A stretch of 64,000 nucleotides of DNA from Paludibacteraceae bacterium (GTDB taxonomy: Bacteria; Bacteroidota; Bacteroidia; Bacteroidales; Paludibacteraceae). Shown here in pieces: positions 35,130-44,964 of the stretch. Position 1 is the first letter of the stretch. Every line of letters begins with the position of its first letter. The stretch is from assembly GCA_049840795.1 (NCBI GenBank), contig JASGJK010000009.1, forward strand, positions 48,233-112,232. The letters are read 5' to 3'. The notes under the pieces are model-generated. The model was not told where the DNA came from. It searched no databases and saw only the letters and a program-made list of their open reading frames with translations. The position numbers were made by a program, and so were the translations under genes.

Positions 35130-35705
35130 ATGACTTTTTCATTGCCACAATTACCTTATGCGCACAACGCTTTGGAACCGATTATTAGTGAAGAAACAAT
35201 CAATTTTCACTATGGTAAACATCATCAAACATACGTAAATAATCTGAACAATCTTGTTCCCGGTACAGAGTTTGAAAATGCCGATTTAGACACTATTGTG
35301 AAAAAATCAAGCGGTCCTGTTTTCAATAATGCAGCGCAAATTTGGAATCATAATTTTTATTTTCTGTCACTTACACCGAACAAAGGGAGCAGGCCTTCTG
35401 AAAAATTAGAGAAAGCCATAAGTGACGCATTCGGCTCATTTGATACCTTTAAAGATGAATTTGGCAAAGCTGCCGTAGCCGTTTTTGGTTCAGGATGGGC
35501 TTGGTTAGTAAAAACACCGGACGGAAAATTAGAGATTGTAAAAGAAAGTAATGCCGGTAATCCGTTGACCGGCGGGAAAACTCCACTGTTAACATTTGAT
35601 GTTTGGGAACACGCTTATTACATTGATTATCAAAACCGTAGAGCGGATTACGTTTCCGCAATCTGGGATTTGATAGACTGGGACGTGATTTCATCACGTT
35701 TGTAA
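35130..35705 (+). CDS. sodB: Fe/Mn superoxide dismutase
   Basis: 191 aa with LPYAHNALEPIISEETINFHYGKHHQTYV and DVWEHAYYIDYQNRR. Confidence 0.95.
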   Translation: MTFSLPQLPYAHNALEPIISEETINFHYGKHHQTYVNNLNNLVPGTEFENADLDTIVKKSSGPVFNNAAQIWNHNFYFLSLTPNKGSRPSEKLEKAISDAFGSFDTFKDEFGKAAVAVFGSGWAWLVKTPDGKLEIVKESNAGNPLTGGKTPLLTFDVWEHAYYIDYQNRRADYVSAIWDLIDWDVISSRL

Positions 35706-35730
35706 TTGATTTTTATTAAAACAACTATGA

Positions 35731-35767
35731 AGAGACTGTCTACCTTTTGAGGCAGTCTCTTTTTTTG
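35731..35767 (+). terminator. intrinsic terminator after sod
   Basis: Stem AGAGACTGTC / GGCAGTCTCT is followed by a T7 run. Confidence 0.7.
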
Positions 35768-35889
35768 TCTAAACAACAACAAGTGTTAAAATATTGTCTC
35801 AAAAATTCAAATATCTAAAAAATATTGTCATAAATAATTGATATGAAGCAAAAGGATTATCTTTGTGCAAGATTTCTTTAAGCTTTACA

Positions 35890-36125
35890 ATGAATGCATT
35901 TATAGCCATGTCGGTTTCTGCAATCATACTGTTTTTGGCGGCTATATTGCTGGTAATCAGAATTTTATTTTTCAAAAAAGGAAAATTTCCAACTATCCAT
36001 ATCGGAGCCAACGAAGCATTAAAAGAAAAGGGGTACATTGTGCTACTACGCAAGATCGAGAAGCACAAAAGCCTGAAAACTTTATAGATATAAATAAGAT
36101 TATTAAACAGATAGAAAACGAATGA
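35890..36125 (+). CDS. small single-pass membrane protein, apparently split between two frames
   Basis: Frame 1 from the ATG at 35890 gives MNAFIAMSVSAIILFLAAILLVIRILFFKKGKFPTIHIGANEALKEKG. The -1 frame continues VHCATTQDREAQKPENFIDINKIIKQIENE to the TGA at 36123-36125. The junction is at the G4 run 36030-36033. Confidence 0.35.
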
Positions 36126-36727
36126 AAAACCTTTCACTAATTTTGAATGCTATTTTATTAGTAGCTGTTATTGTATTATTTGTTAAAGTTTTTGGTAAAG
36201 GCGGTCAAGATGACGCAGGTCAGGTAGCAGTAAACGAAGGAGGCAAAGCAAGCAATATTACAAAGCTACCCATTGCTTATGTTAATATAGATTCACTTCT
36301 GTTGAACTATACTTTTGCCAAGCAAGCTAACGAAGCACTGGCAAAAAAACAAGAAGATTCTCGATTGACCGTAAACTCTCGTCAGCGTGAACTACAGGGT
36401 GAGTTTATTGATTTTCAGAAAAAATTAGAAAACAATGCTTTCCTTAGTCGTGAAAGAGCAGAACAAGAGCAACTTCGACTACAAAAAAAACAACAAGATT
36501 TACAAGCAACTACCGAAAGACTCTCGCAACAAATTATGGAGCAACAGCAAAAAATGAGTGAACAGCTCCGCGATACGATTGATGCCTTTATGAAACAATA
36601 TAACAAAGGAGGAAAATATCAACTTATTTTAAGTAATACGGCGAATGACAATATCTTGTATGCCGAAAAAAGTTACGATATTACCGCTGATGTGATTAAG
36701 AAATTAAATGAAAGATATAAAAAATAA
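36122..36727 (+). CDS. OmpH/Skp family periplasmic chaperone
   Basis: 201 aa with a signal/anchor helix, a Q/E/K-rich coiled-coil body, and IAYVNIDSLLLNY near the N-terminus. Confidence 0.8.
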   Translation: MKNLSLILNAILLVAVIVLFVKVFGKGGQDDAGQVAVNEGGKASNITKLPIAYVNIDSLLLNYTFAKQANEALAKKQEDSRLTVNSRQRELQGEFIDFQKKLENNAFLSRERAEQEQLRLQKKQQDLQATTERLSQQIMEQQQKMSEQLRDTIDAFMKQYNKGGKYQLILSNTANDNILYAEKSYDITADVIKKLNERYKK

Positions 36728-36755
36728 TCGGTAACCAACGATTCAAAATATAAAG

Positions 36756-36793
36756 AACGGGACAAGACCTAATCGGTGATGTTCCGTTTTTTT
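36756..36793 (+). terminator. intrinsic terminator after the skp/ompH-like gene
   Basis: Stem AACGGGAC / GTTCCGTT (one mismatch) is followed by a T7 run. Confidence 0.55.
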
Positions 36794-37079
36794 ATTAACG
36801 AGGCGGGCTGTCATATCAATTTTACTTCTTTATTTCGATGCAGAGGTCGTCTTAACTTTTTAATTTGCAGAAATAATATTAATAGATGTCACACCTACAG
36901 CGCTTATTCTCAATGAATTTATATTTTTACTATACTATCGTAGCTAATGCTGTTCTTTTTAATCCCTTCGGGATAACTGTTTGGTAAAGGATTGAAAAAG
37001 AATATAATTTAAATTAATGTATATCAGTGTTTTATGTATGCTTGAATAACGTAAAGTAGTGTCTGAAAAAAGAATTGAG

Positions 37080-37087
37080 TATCTTTG
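37080..37087 (+). promoter_or_regulatory. Bacteroidetes -7 promoter box
   Basis: TAtcTTTG lies about 150 nt upstream of the MATE gene, implying a long leader. Confidence 0.4.
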
Positions 37088-37239
37088 TAACGAAATTATT
37101 TACTTGTTCCGATAAGTCAGAACGTTATTTATCTTTCGGGTGTTATTTATTTCTCGTTATTATCAAAAGGAAAATAAATGATTTGCAATAACGATGGAAT
37201 CAAATAACGACAATAACAGCTAACCAATTATTCAATATA

Positions 37240-38562
37240 ATGACAGATACGAAAAGTATATTCAAAGTAACCTATCCTATTTTTTTTACACTTGTAGCAC
37301 AAAATATTATTAATGTAACCGATACCGCTTTTCTTGGTCATGTGAGCGAGGTCGCTTTGGGAGCTTCGGCAATCGGCGGCGTTTTTTATATTGCTATTTA
37401 TTTTTTGGGTTTTGGATTTAGTCAGGGAGCACAGATACTTATCGGCAGACGAAACGGGGAGAAAAATTATGCCGAGATTGGACCTATTTTCAATAATAGC
37501 TTGGTCTTTAATTTTTTGCTTTCGCTGGTATTTTTTCTGCTTTCCGTTTTTTTTATGCCTTCACTAATCCGAGTTTTGGTTAGTTCAGAGCATATTTATA
37601 GGGCTTCATTGGAATTTCTCAACTATCGGATTTACGGATTTTTCTTTGTTTTCCTAAACGTCATTTTCCGGGCATTTTTTGTGGGAACAACTTATACCAA
37701 AGTGCTCACGATCTCGGGTTTTATAACGGCTATCGTAAATATTATTTTAGATTATGTGATGATATTCGGAAAATTCGGATTTCCCGAATGGGGCATTAAA
37801 GGAGCCGCAATAGCATCGGTTATTGCTGAAGCTGTCACCACTGTGTATTTATTTGTAGTTACCAGAAGATATGATAAATCCAACACCTTTGGCTTATTTC
37901 ATTTTCATAAAATAGAGTGGGAGCCAATAAAAAAGGTGCTGGACTTATCTATTTTTGTGATGTTTCAATTTTTTATTTCCATTTCTACATGGTTTATGTT
38001 TTTTATTTTTATAGAAAGATTGGGTGAACGCGAGTTGGCTATAACCAATATCGGAAGGAGTTTGTATATACTTTTGATGATACCCGGTTCAGCATTGGCA
38101 ACTACTGTTACTACAATCGTAAGTAATATGATTGGCGCCGGTGAGAAGGAAAAAGTATTGTCTTTTATGAATAAGGTGTTAAAAATTACGTTATTGGCGA
38201 TTGTCCCTTTGATGAGCGTAACATTTCTACTTCCGCAGGTAATTGCCCGAATTTATACCGATAATGTGGATTTGATATTAGCAAGTGTGCCTACGTTGAG
38301 GGTAGTTTCGGTAGCAATGGTGTTTTGTGGAGTTTGCAATATCTTTTTTAATACGATATTGGGAACCGGAAATACCAAGGTTGCCTTTGTGTTTGAGGTG
38401 ATAACTCTTTTGTTTTATGTTAGTTACGTTTATTTTACCGCCATTTATCTGAAAACAAAGGTAGAAATTGTTTGGATGTCAGAATTTGTGTATTGGGCAT
38501 TGATAGGAACAATGAGTTACATTTATTTGCTAAAAGGAAGCTGGAAGAAAAAGGAAATATAA
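37240..38562 (+). CDS. MATE family efflux transporter
   Basis: 440 aa with 12 predicted TM helices and a typical MATE N-terminus (YPIFFTLVAQNIINVTDTAFLGH). Confidence 0.85.
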   Translation: MTDTKSIFKVTYPIFFTLVAQNIINVTDTAFLGHVSEVALGASAIGGVFYIAIYFLGFGFSQGAQILIGRRNGEKNYAEIGPIFNNSLVFNFLLSLVFFLLSVFFMPSLIRVLVSSEHIYRASLEFLNYRIYGFFFVFLNVIFRAFFVGTTYTKVLTISGFITAIVNIILDYVMIFGKFGFPEWGIKGAAIASVIAEAVTTVYLFVVTRRYDKSNTFGLFHFHKIEWEPIKKVLDLSIFVMFQFFISISTWFMFFIFIERLGERELAITNIGRSLYILLMIPGSALATTVTTIVSNMIGAGEKEKVLSFMNKVLKITLLAIVPLMSVTFLLPQVIARIYTDNVDLILASVPTLRVVSVAMVFCGVCNIFFNTILGTGNTKVAFVFEVITLLFYVSYVYFTAIYLKTKVEIVWMSEFVYWALIGTMSYIYLLKGSWKKKEI

Positions 38563-38694
38563 AAATCAGATAATAAAAATCGTATGGCGAAGCATAAATT
38601 CAGCGAGATATTTCTGCTGTGTAAGTCTCGCTATACGATTTAAATATAAACTTTGATCAGAACTTTCGGTAGTTGCGTGTCTAAAAATTACCGG

Positions 38695-39345
38695 TTATAA
38701 CTTTTCTCCGTAAGCTAAATCACCCGCATCACCTAATCCCGGGATGATGTAAGAATGTTCGTTCAAATGTGGGTCAATGGCTGCTGTCCACAACGTGACA
38801 TCGTCCGAGAATTTATCCTTCAAATAATCAATAGCTTGTTGACTCGAAATGATAGAAGCGATGATTACTTTTTTAGGTTTTCCTTTTGTGAGCAAAGCAC
38901 CGTAAGCCAGTTCCATTGAGCTTCCGGTAGCAAGCATCGGATCTGTAATGATCAGTGTTTTCCCATCCAATTTTGGAGATGCGATATATTCGATAAAAAT
39001 ATCAAATTTCAATGCATCTTTATATTTTCTATAAGCTGAAACAAAAGCGTTTTCAGCGCTGTCGAAGTAACTCAAAAAACCTTGATGAAAGGGTAATCCG
39101 GCGCGTAAAATAGTGGAGAGTACTAATTTTTCATCAATTTTTGTAAGTTCAGCCACTCCAAGCGGGGTTTTAGCCTTATCGGTTTTGTACATAAGGGTTT
39201 TACTGATTTCATACGCCGTAATTTCACCGATGCGTTCCATATTTCGCCGAAATCGAAGCGAATCTTTCTGAATTTCTACTGAACGGATTTCTTTCAGGTA
39301 ATGTTGCAATATTGAATTCTGTTCCGATAAGTTTACTATCTTCAT
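38695..39345 (-). CDS. upp: uracil phosphoribosyltransferase
   Basis: 216 aa. It has the PRPP-binding loop LIITDPMLATGSS and the C-terminal YIIPGLGDAGDLAYG. Confidence 0.93.
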   Translation of the reverse strand: MKIVNLSEQNSILQHYLKEIRSVEIQKDSLRFRRNMERIGEITAYEISKTLMYKTDKAKTPLGVAELTKIDEKLVLSTILRAGLPFHQGFLSYFDSAENAFVSAYRKYKDALKFDIFIEYIASPKLDGKTLIITDPMLATGSSMELAYGALLTKGKPKKVIIASIISSQQAIDYLKDKFSDDVTLWTAAIDPHLNEHSYIIPGLGDAGDLAYGEKL

Positions 39346-39394
39346 TATTTTTATTTTTGACTAGTTCTAATAAGGAAATTCGTTGTAAATCAAT

Positions 39395-41047
39395 TTATTT
39401 TTGATCTTTTTCTCGTATCTCAGTTCTACGAATTTTACCACTGATGGTCTTTGGTAGTTCATCTACAAACTCGATAATGCGCGGATATTTGTAAGGTGCG
39501 GTAACCAATTTTACGTGTTCTTGAATTTCTTTTACCAACTTTTCTCCGGCTTTATCTTTATATTCTTTAGAAAGAATGATTGTTGCCTTTACCACTTGCC
39601 CTCTAATCTCGTCCGGAACACCGGTAATCGCACATTCAACAACGGCAGGATGTGTCATCAGTGCACTTTCCACTTCAAAAGGTCCTATTCTGTATCCTGA
39701 ACTTTTAATCACATCATCGGCTCGTCCTACAAACCAAAAATAGCCGTCTTCATCTCGCCAAGCAACATCTCCTGTATAGTAAATATTATCCTGATAGCAT
39801 TCATCGGTAAGTTGTTTGTTTCGGTGGTAGCCTTTGAATAATCCGGTCGGGTATTCTTTTTCGGTACGTATAACGATTTGTCCTTGTTCGCCAACTTCAG
39901 CTGAACGTCCATCGGGAGTAAGTAAATCAACATCATAATGCGGGTTGGGTAATCCCATAGAACCCGGCTTTGGTTCTGTCCATGGAGCTGTAAAAATATC
40001 AAGTGTGGTCTCGCTTTGCCCGTAACCTTCTTTTAATTTTATCCCGGTGAGTTTTAAAAACTGATTGTAAACCTCGGGATTTAACGCTTCGCCGGCGATA
40101 GTACAGTATTTCAGCGAAGATAAATCATAACTTGATACATCTTCTCTGATCAAAAAACGGAAAATAGTAGGAGGAGCGCACAGCGAGGTTATTCTGTATT
40201 TTTCGATCATAGCCAACATACTCGCCGGCGTAAACTTGTCGTGATCGTACACAAAGATGCAGGCACCTACGAGCCATTGTCCGTATAATTTTCCCCACAC
40301 AGCTTTTAGCCAACCTGTGTCAGCTATGGTTAAGTGAAGGCTGTTTTCATTTAAATTGTGCCAATATTTAGCTGTGACAATATGTGCTAACGGATAAAGA
40401 AAATCCAGCGTTACCATTTTAGGATTACCGGTTGTACCGGAAGTAAAGCTGATAATCATAATATCTTCACTGCTATTCTCACATTTCGACACGAATTCAG
40501 GTGCATTTTCTATTCCTTTGTGAAAATCTTCCCATCCATCAGGTACAATGCTTCCCACAGATATCAGTGTTTTTACACTCGTACTTTCGGACATAGCATC
40601 ACTGATATGCGAAATAATAGGTTCTTCTCCTACTGCAATTATAGCTTTAATATCCGCGGCATTGTTTCGGTAAACCAAGTCTTTTTTTGTAAGCAAATGC
40701 GTTGCCGGAATAATGATAGCACCTAATTTGTGCAGCGCTATAATGGTAAACCAGAATTCGTAACGCCGCTTAAGAATTGCCATCACAATATCGCCTTTGC
40801 CAATGCCGAGTGTTTGAAAATAAGAAGCCGCTTGATCGCTGTATTTTTTTATATCAGCGAATGTAAATTCACGACATTCGCCCTGATCATTTGTCCATAG
40901 CAATGCTTTTTTAGTTGGAGCTATTCTCGCCCATTCATCTATGACATCATAACTAAAATTGAAATTTTCAGGAACTATTAATTTGTAGTTTTCTTCAAAA
41001 TCTTGTTGAGACGAGAATTCGACCTGCTTGAAATATTTTTCTATCAT
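39395..41047 (-). CDS. AMP-forming acyl-CoA synthetase (medium-chain/ACSM-like)
   Basis: 550 aa with the AMP-binding motif SFTSGTTGNPKMV, plus YGQSET, YYTGD and the C-terminal SGKIRR. Confidence 0.88.
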   Translation of the reverse strand: MIEKYFKQVEFSSQQDFEENYKLIVPENFNFSYDVIDEWARIAPTKKALLWTNDQGECREFTFADIKKYSDQAASYFQTLGIGKGDIVMAILKRRYEFWFTIIALHKLGAIIIPATHLLTKKDLVYRNNAADIKAIIAVGEEPIISHISDAMSESTSVKTLISVGSIVPDGWEDFHKGIENAPEFVSKCENSSEDIMIISFTSGTTGNPKMVTLDFLYPLAHIVTAKYWHNLNENSLHLTIADTGWLKAVWGKLYGQWLVGACIFVYDHDKFTPASMLAMIEKYRITSLCAPPTIFRFLIREDVSSYDLSSLKYCTIAGEALNPEVYNQFLKLTGIKLKEGYGQSETTLDIFTAPWTEPKPGSMGLPNPHYDVDLLTPDGRSAEVGEQGQIVIRTEKEYPTGLFKGYHRNKQLTDECYQDNIYYTGDVAWRDEDGYFWFVGRADDVIKSSGYRIGPFEVESALMTHPAVVECAITGVPDEIRGQVVKATIILSKEYKDKAGEKLVKEIQEHVKLVTAPYKYPRIIEFVDELPKTISGKIRRTEIREKDQK

Positions 41048-41065
41048 AAGTCTTGGTACAAAAAA

Positions 41066-41614
41066 TTAAATAATGACAGCAAGAAAGACTACTTTTTCTC
41101 CGTTTAGTGCCTTCATTCCGTGTGGTTTAGAAGAATCAAAATAAATACTGCCGCCTTTTTCAAGAATGATGTCGTTTCCAGCAATGTGGATTTGCATTGT
41201 GCCTTCTAATACCAAATTAAATTCTTGTCCGCTGTGTGAATTTAGTACCAACGGATGATTATTTGGCTCCACAGTCACTTCAAAGAGTTCGGCGTTATTT
41301 CCTTTAAATCCGTAAGCTAATGCTTGATATTTATACGCTTTGGAGCGTTCAACGCGGATGCCGGTGCCTTTTCTTGTGACAAAATAAGAAGACGAATAAG
41401 CGTTTTCGCCCGAAAGAAGTTCTACCGTATCAATGCCGTATCTTTTTGCCAGTTGAAATAAGAAACTCATCGAAATGTCGTGCTCTCCGCTTTCATACGC
41501 TAAATATTGCTCTACCGATACTCCTGTTTCAGTTGCAATTGCTTCCGGCGTAAGATCGAGGGCTTCTCTCAACCCTTTTACCCGTACCGCAATTTCTTTT
41601 ATATGCTCATTCAT
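41066..41614 (-). CDS. XRE-family HTH regulator with C-terminal cupin domain
   Basis: 182 aa. The N-terminal HTH reads VKGLREALDLTPEAIATETGVSVEQYLAYESGE. The C-terminal cupin part reads HSGQEFNLVLEGTM..PHGMKA. Confidence 0.8.
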   Translation of the reverse strand: MNEHIKEIAVRVKGLREALDLTPEAIATETGVSVEQYLAYESGEHDISMSFLFQLAKRYGIDTVELLSGENAYSSSYFVTRKGTGIRVERSKAYKYQALAYGFKGNNAELFEVTVEPNNHPLVLNSHSGQEFNLVLEGTMQIHIAGNDIILEKGGSIYFDSSKPHGMKALNGEKVVFLAVII

Positions 41615-41646
41615 GAATGACGTATGGTTAAATTATTTATTATCAC

Positions 41647-42252
41647 CTAAAAAAATAATCCCGGAACAAAAACGAATATAAATCCAAGTAAAAAACCGGC
41701 TATTACTTGCCCGAGTGTATGTGCTTTGAGATAAACCCTTGAAATTCCCACTGTCCCTGAAATGATTATTGCGGCGACAAAAAGCCAAACAGGATTTAGT
41801 GCCATTTGAAAACAGACCCCAAAAATTCCACCGGTTAGACCTCCTACACCGGTTAAATGAGCACTTATTTTCCATTTCAGATTGATAAGCATCATAGCAA
41901 AAATAGATGCCACACAGCCGATAGGGTAAATGAGCAAGGTCATGGGTAAGTTTAAAGTTCGCCCTAAAAACAGTACCCAAAAAACATAAGAGAGAAACGA
42001 AAAGAGATAAGGTACCGTTCGCTCTTCACGTTTGGAAATAAATACATCGTGAATTTCGCCTTTTCGCATCATCCAAGCAATTGGTAGTGCCGGTAGAATA
42101 CCTGTAAACAATATTGTTCCTACTATTGCAATAAAATGATACCAAGAAGAAAACAACCTGAAAACAGGTGTTTGGAGTAAAATGATAATACCATAAAGTG
42201 GCATCAGGAGTGGCTGAAACACATACGATATGATTTTTAAAAATGTTCTCAT
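41647..42252 (-). CDS. PAP2-family membrane phosphatase
   Basis: 201 aa with 6 TM helices. Degenerate PAP2 motifs are present (KISAHLTG .. SRVYLKAHTLGQVIAG). Confidence 0.6.
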   Translation of the reverse strand: MRTFLKIISYVFQPLLMPLYGIIILLQTPVFRLFSSWYHFIAIVGTILFTGILPALPIAWMMRKGEIHDVFISKREERTVPYLFSFLSYVFWVLFLGRTLNLPMTLLIYPIGCVASIFAMMLINLKWKISAHLTGVGGLTGGIFGVCFQMALNPVWLFVAAIIISGTVGISRVYLKAHTLGQVIAGFLLGFIFVFVPGLFF

Positions 42253-42270
42253 TAATTTTTGTTTATGTCT

Positions 42271-42333
42271 GCCCCCCGACCCCCTAAAGGGGGAGCATTA
42301 AAAATATTTTTCCCTTTTAGGGGATTAAGGGAC
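42271..42333. repeat. inverted pair of G4/C4 hairpin elements
   Basis: GCCCCCCGACCCCCTAAAGGGGGAG (42271-42295) and TCCCTTTTAGGGGATTAAGGGAC (42311-42333) are separated by a 15-nt AT spacer. They lie between the rpoN stop and the PAP2 gene start. Confidence 0.7.
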
Positions 42334-42340
42334 TTATTTT

Positions 42341-43797
42341 TTATATTTCTTTTCTTAATCTCGCAACCGGTATGTTCAACTGTTCGCGGTATTTGGCAAC
42401 CGTTCTTCGAGCAATTAAATACCCTTTCTCTTTTAAAAGCTCTACTAACTTATCGTCATTCAGTGGATTACGTTTGTCTTCTTCGTCAATGCATTCCTGC
42501 ATAATTCTTTTTATTTCCCGTGTAGAAACCTCTTCTCCCGAATCGTTGGTCATAGATTCCGAGAAAAATATTTTACCGGAAAAATACCGAATTCCGTTTG
42601 GATATATTTACTGTTGCTAACCCTTGATATGGTCGAAATGTCAAATCCGGTAAGATCTGCAATATCTTTCAGTACCATTGGTCTTAAAAACGTTTCATCG
42701 CCTTCAAGGAAGTATTCTTTTTGAAAATTTACAATCGCGGTCATAGTGGTGAGTAATGTTTCCTGACGTTGTTTGATTGCATCAATAAACCATCGGGCTG
42801 CGTCTATTTTCTGTTTTACAAACATCACCGCGTCTTTCATTTCTTTGGTCTGATTGCCCTTGCTTGCCGAATAATCCTGAAACATTTCGTTGTAAGTACT
42901 GTTCACGCGGAGTTCCGGTACATTTGAATTATTCAATGATATGATTAATTTTCGTCCATCACTTTCTACTATAAAATCAGGTATAATGGCTGACATCGAC
43001 TTTTCCAACACATTTCCACCCCAAGCATTCCCCGGTTTCGGATTTAGCCTTGTAATCTCGTTTAGCGCATCTTTTAAATTTTCTTCCGACAAGTCGAGCG
43101 ACCGGAGAATTTTATCATAGTGTTTTTTTGAAAATTCTTCAAAATAATGGTAAAGAATTCGTATGGCACTTTTTACGCTTTTGGTTTGCCCTTTTCTGTA
43201 AAGCTGCAACAACAAACATTCTCGTAAATCCGAAGCGCCAACACCAGCCGGATCAAGCTCTTGTACCTCTTTTATAAGTTTTTTCACTTCATCATCCGTA
43301 GTTTCTACGCCTGCCTGAAAAACTACATCATCAACCATTAGTTCAGCGTCTCGTCGCAAGTAACCTTCATCGTCAATATTGCCTATGATGTATTTTATCA
43401 GAAGTTCCTGATGCTCATCCAAATCCAATAGACCTACCTGCTCCATCAAATATTCGTGAAAAGTATATCCGGCGGAAAACGGAATATCTTCGTGCCTGTC
43501 GTCTTTGGAACTGTTGTTTGATTTGAGTTTATAATCAGGAATATCATCATCTGCCATATAATCGTCCATATCAAAATCACTTCCATCGTTGCTGTATTCA
43601 TCATTTCCGCCGTATTCATCGCTTTCATCTTGATTGTCAGAAATTTCCATACCTTCCTCCAACGCAGGATTTTCCTCAATCTCTTGCCGAATACGCTCTT
43701 CCAATTCCAACGTTGGAATTTCAAGCATTTTGATAACCTGAATTTGGGCAGGCGATAATTTTTGTTGAAGTTTTTGCTGTAATTGCTGCTTTAACAT
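42341..43797 (-). CDS. rpoN: RNA polymerase sigma-54 factor, split by one frameshift
   Basis: Region I is MLKQQLQQKLQQKLSPAQIQ (start at 43797, downstream of a TAtcTTTG box at 43845-43852). The main frame stops at 42550. A 70-aa ORF carries the HTH and the RpoN box (ARRTVAKYRE). Adding one T to the coding-strand T5 run (A5 at 42564-42568 on the plus strand) gives ..GIFPVKYFFSESMTNDSGEE.. Confidence 0.9.
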
Positions 43798-43844
43798 AAG
43801 TTCTAAAAAGTCTTTTTGTATAAAGTAAATTCGGTTACGCACTG

Positions 43845-43852
43845 CAAAGATA
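43845..43852 (-). promoter_or_regulatory. Bacteroidetes -7 promoter box
   Basis: CAAAGATA on the plus strand is TAtcTTTG on the minus strand. It lies 47 nt upstream of the rpoN ATG at 43797. Confidence 0.5.
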
Positions 43853-43923
43853 ATCTTTTTTAATAAAAATACAGTTACATTTATCCCCAACTTATTTTCT
43901 TTGAAAAATTGAATTTATTTAAG

Positions 43924-43931
43924 TAGCTTTG
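43924..43931 (+). promoter_or_regulatory. Bacteroidetes -7 promoter box
   Basis: TAgcTTTG lies 24 nt upstream of the ATG at 43956. Confidence 0.5.
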
Positions 43932-43955
43932 CATTGTGATTTAATCGGTATTAAA

Positions 43956-44510
43956 ATGGGAAACAGAAAGTTGGTTTTGTATATTGCCTCCTCGTTAGAT
44001 GGTTTTATTGCAAAACCGAATGATGACTTGAGTTTTTTAGGATTGGTGAAAAAAGAAGGTGAAGATTATGGATATGAAGATTTTATTTCAACAGTTGATA
44101 CTGTAATCCTCGGACGTAAAACGTACGATTGGGTGACGAAAAATGCGCCGGAATTTCCTCACAACGATAAAGAAACTTACGTTATAACCCGTTCAACAAC
44201 AGAAAAAAAAGGAAATATCACATTTTACAACGGCAGTTTAATTGATCTGATTTTGTTGTTAAAATCCAAAAACGGAAAAAATATTTTTTGCGATGGCGGT
44301 GCCGAAATCGTCAACGAATTGTTTAAATATAAATTGATGGACGAAATGGTGCTTTCCATCATTCCGATTATGGTTGGAAACGGGAAAAAACTGTTTCATT
44401 TAGACATTCCGGAACAAGAATTGACACTTTTATCTGCCAAAAGTTTTGACACGGGATTAGTTCAGTTACATTATAAGGTAAAAAATATATGTACACCAAA
44501 GACGAATTAA
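43956..44510 (+). CDS. dihydrofolate reductase-family protein (RibD C-terminal domain)
   Basis: Sequence is MGNRKLVLYIASSLDGFIA..DTVILGRKTYDW... The ATG at 43956 is preferred because the TAgcTTTG box at 43924-43931 overlaps the track start at 43929. Confidence 0.8.
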   Translation: MGNRKLVLYIASSLDGFIAKPNDDLSFLGLVKKEGEDYGYEDFISTVDTVILGRKTYDWVTKNAPEFPHNDKETYVITRSTTEKKGNITFYNGSLIDLILLLKSKNGKNIFCDGGAEIVNELFKYKLMDEMVLSIIPIMVGNGKKLFHLDIPEQELTLLSAKSFDTGLVQLHYKVKNICTPKTN

Positions 44511-44941
44511 AACAGCTGAAAAAAGAGTTTTGGGAAGGGTTTGGTGTGTTTTGCAGTAATCATCCCGTGCTTGGCAGGCGAAAAAGTAAATTTATGCTTT
44601 ATAATACCAAAATGAAAGGAGTTGAGCTCAAGTTTGACGCTAACCGTGATGGTGCTTTTGTTATTTTGGAACTCAACCACACCAGCGAAGAAGATCGCCT
44701 TGCCAAATACGAGCAGTTTGAGCGCTACAAAGTGGTAATGGAGGAAGATTTTCCGCAAGGGCTGATGTGGAATTTTGCCTTTGTACGCGAAACAGGCAAC
44801 GAAGTGTGCCGTATTTACAGCCAAAAAACAAGTATTGATCTCCACAGAAGAAGCGACTGGATGGCTTTTTATCGTTTTATGGCAGAAGAAATGCTGAAAC
44901 TGGAACGTGCTTTCCGAAATGTGAAAGAAGCGATTGAGTAA
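44489..44941 (+). CDS. DUF4268-like protein
   Basis: 150 aa with N-terminus YTKDELKQLKKEFWEGFG.., as I recall for the DUF4268 family. It overlaps the upstream gene by 22 nt. Confidence 0.5.
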   Translation: MYTKDELKQLKKEFWEGFGVFCSNHPVLGRRKSKFMLYNTKMKGVELKFDANRDGAFVILELNHTSEEDRLAKYEQFERYKVVMEEDFPQGLMWNFAFVRETGNEVCRIYSQKTSIDLHRRSDWMAFYRFMAEEMLKLERAFRNVKEAIE

Positions 44942-44964
44942 AAAATATCTTAATTTTAAAAACA

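Noticed and set aside
41633-41980. 115-aa minus-strand ORF, and similar alternative-frame ORFs (for example 43446..43724, 45560..45927, 6388..6615 and 4457..5256).
   Set aside because: All are nested inside confidently identified genes in other frames or on the opposite strand. None has recognisable motifs.
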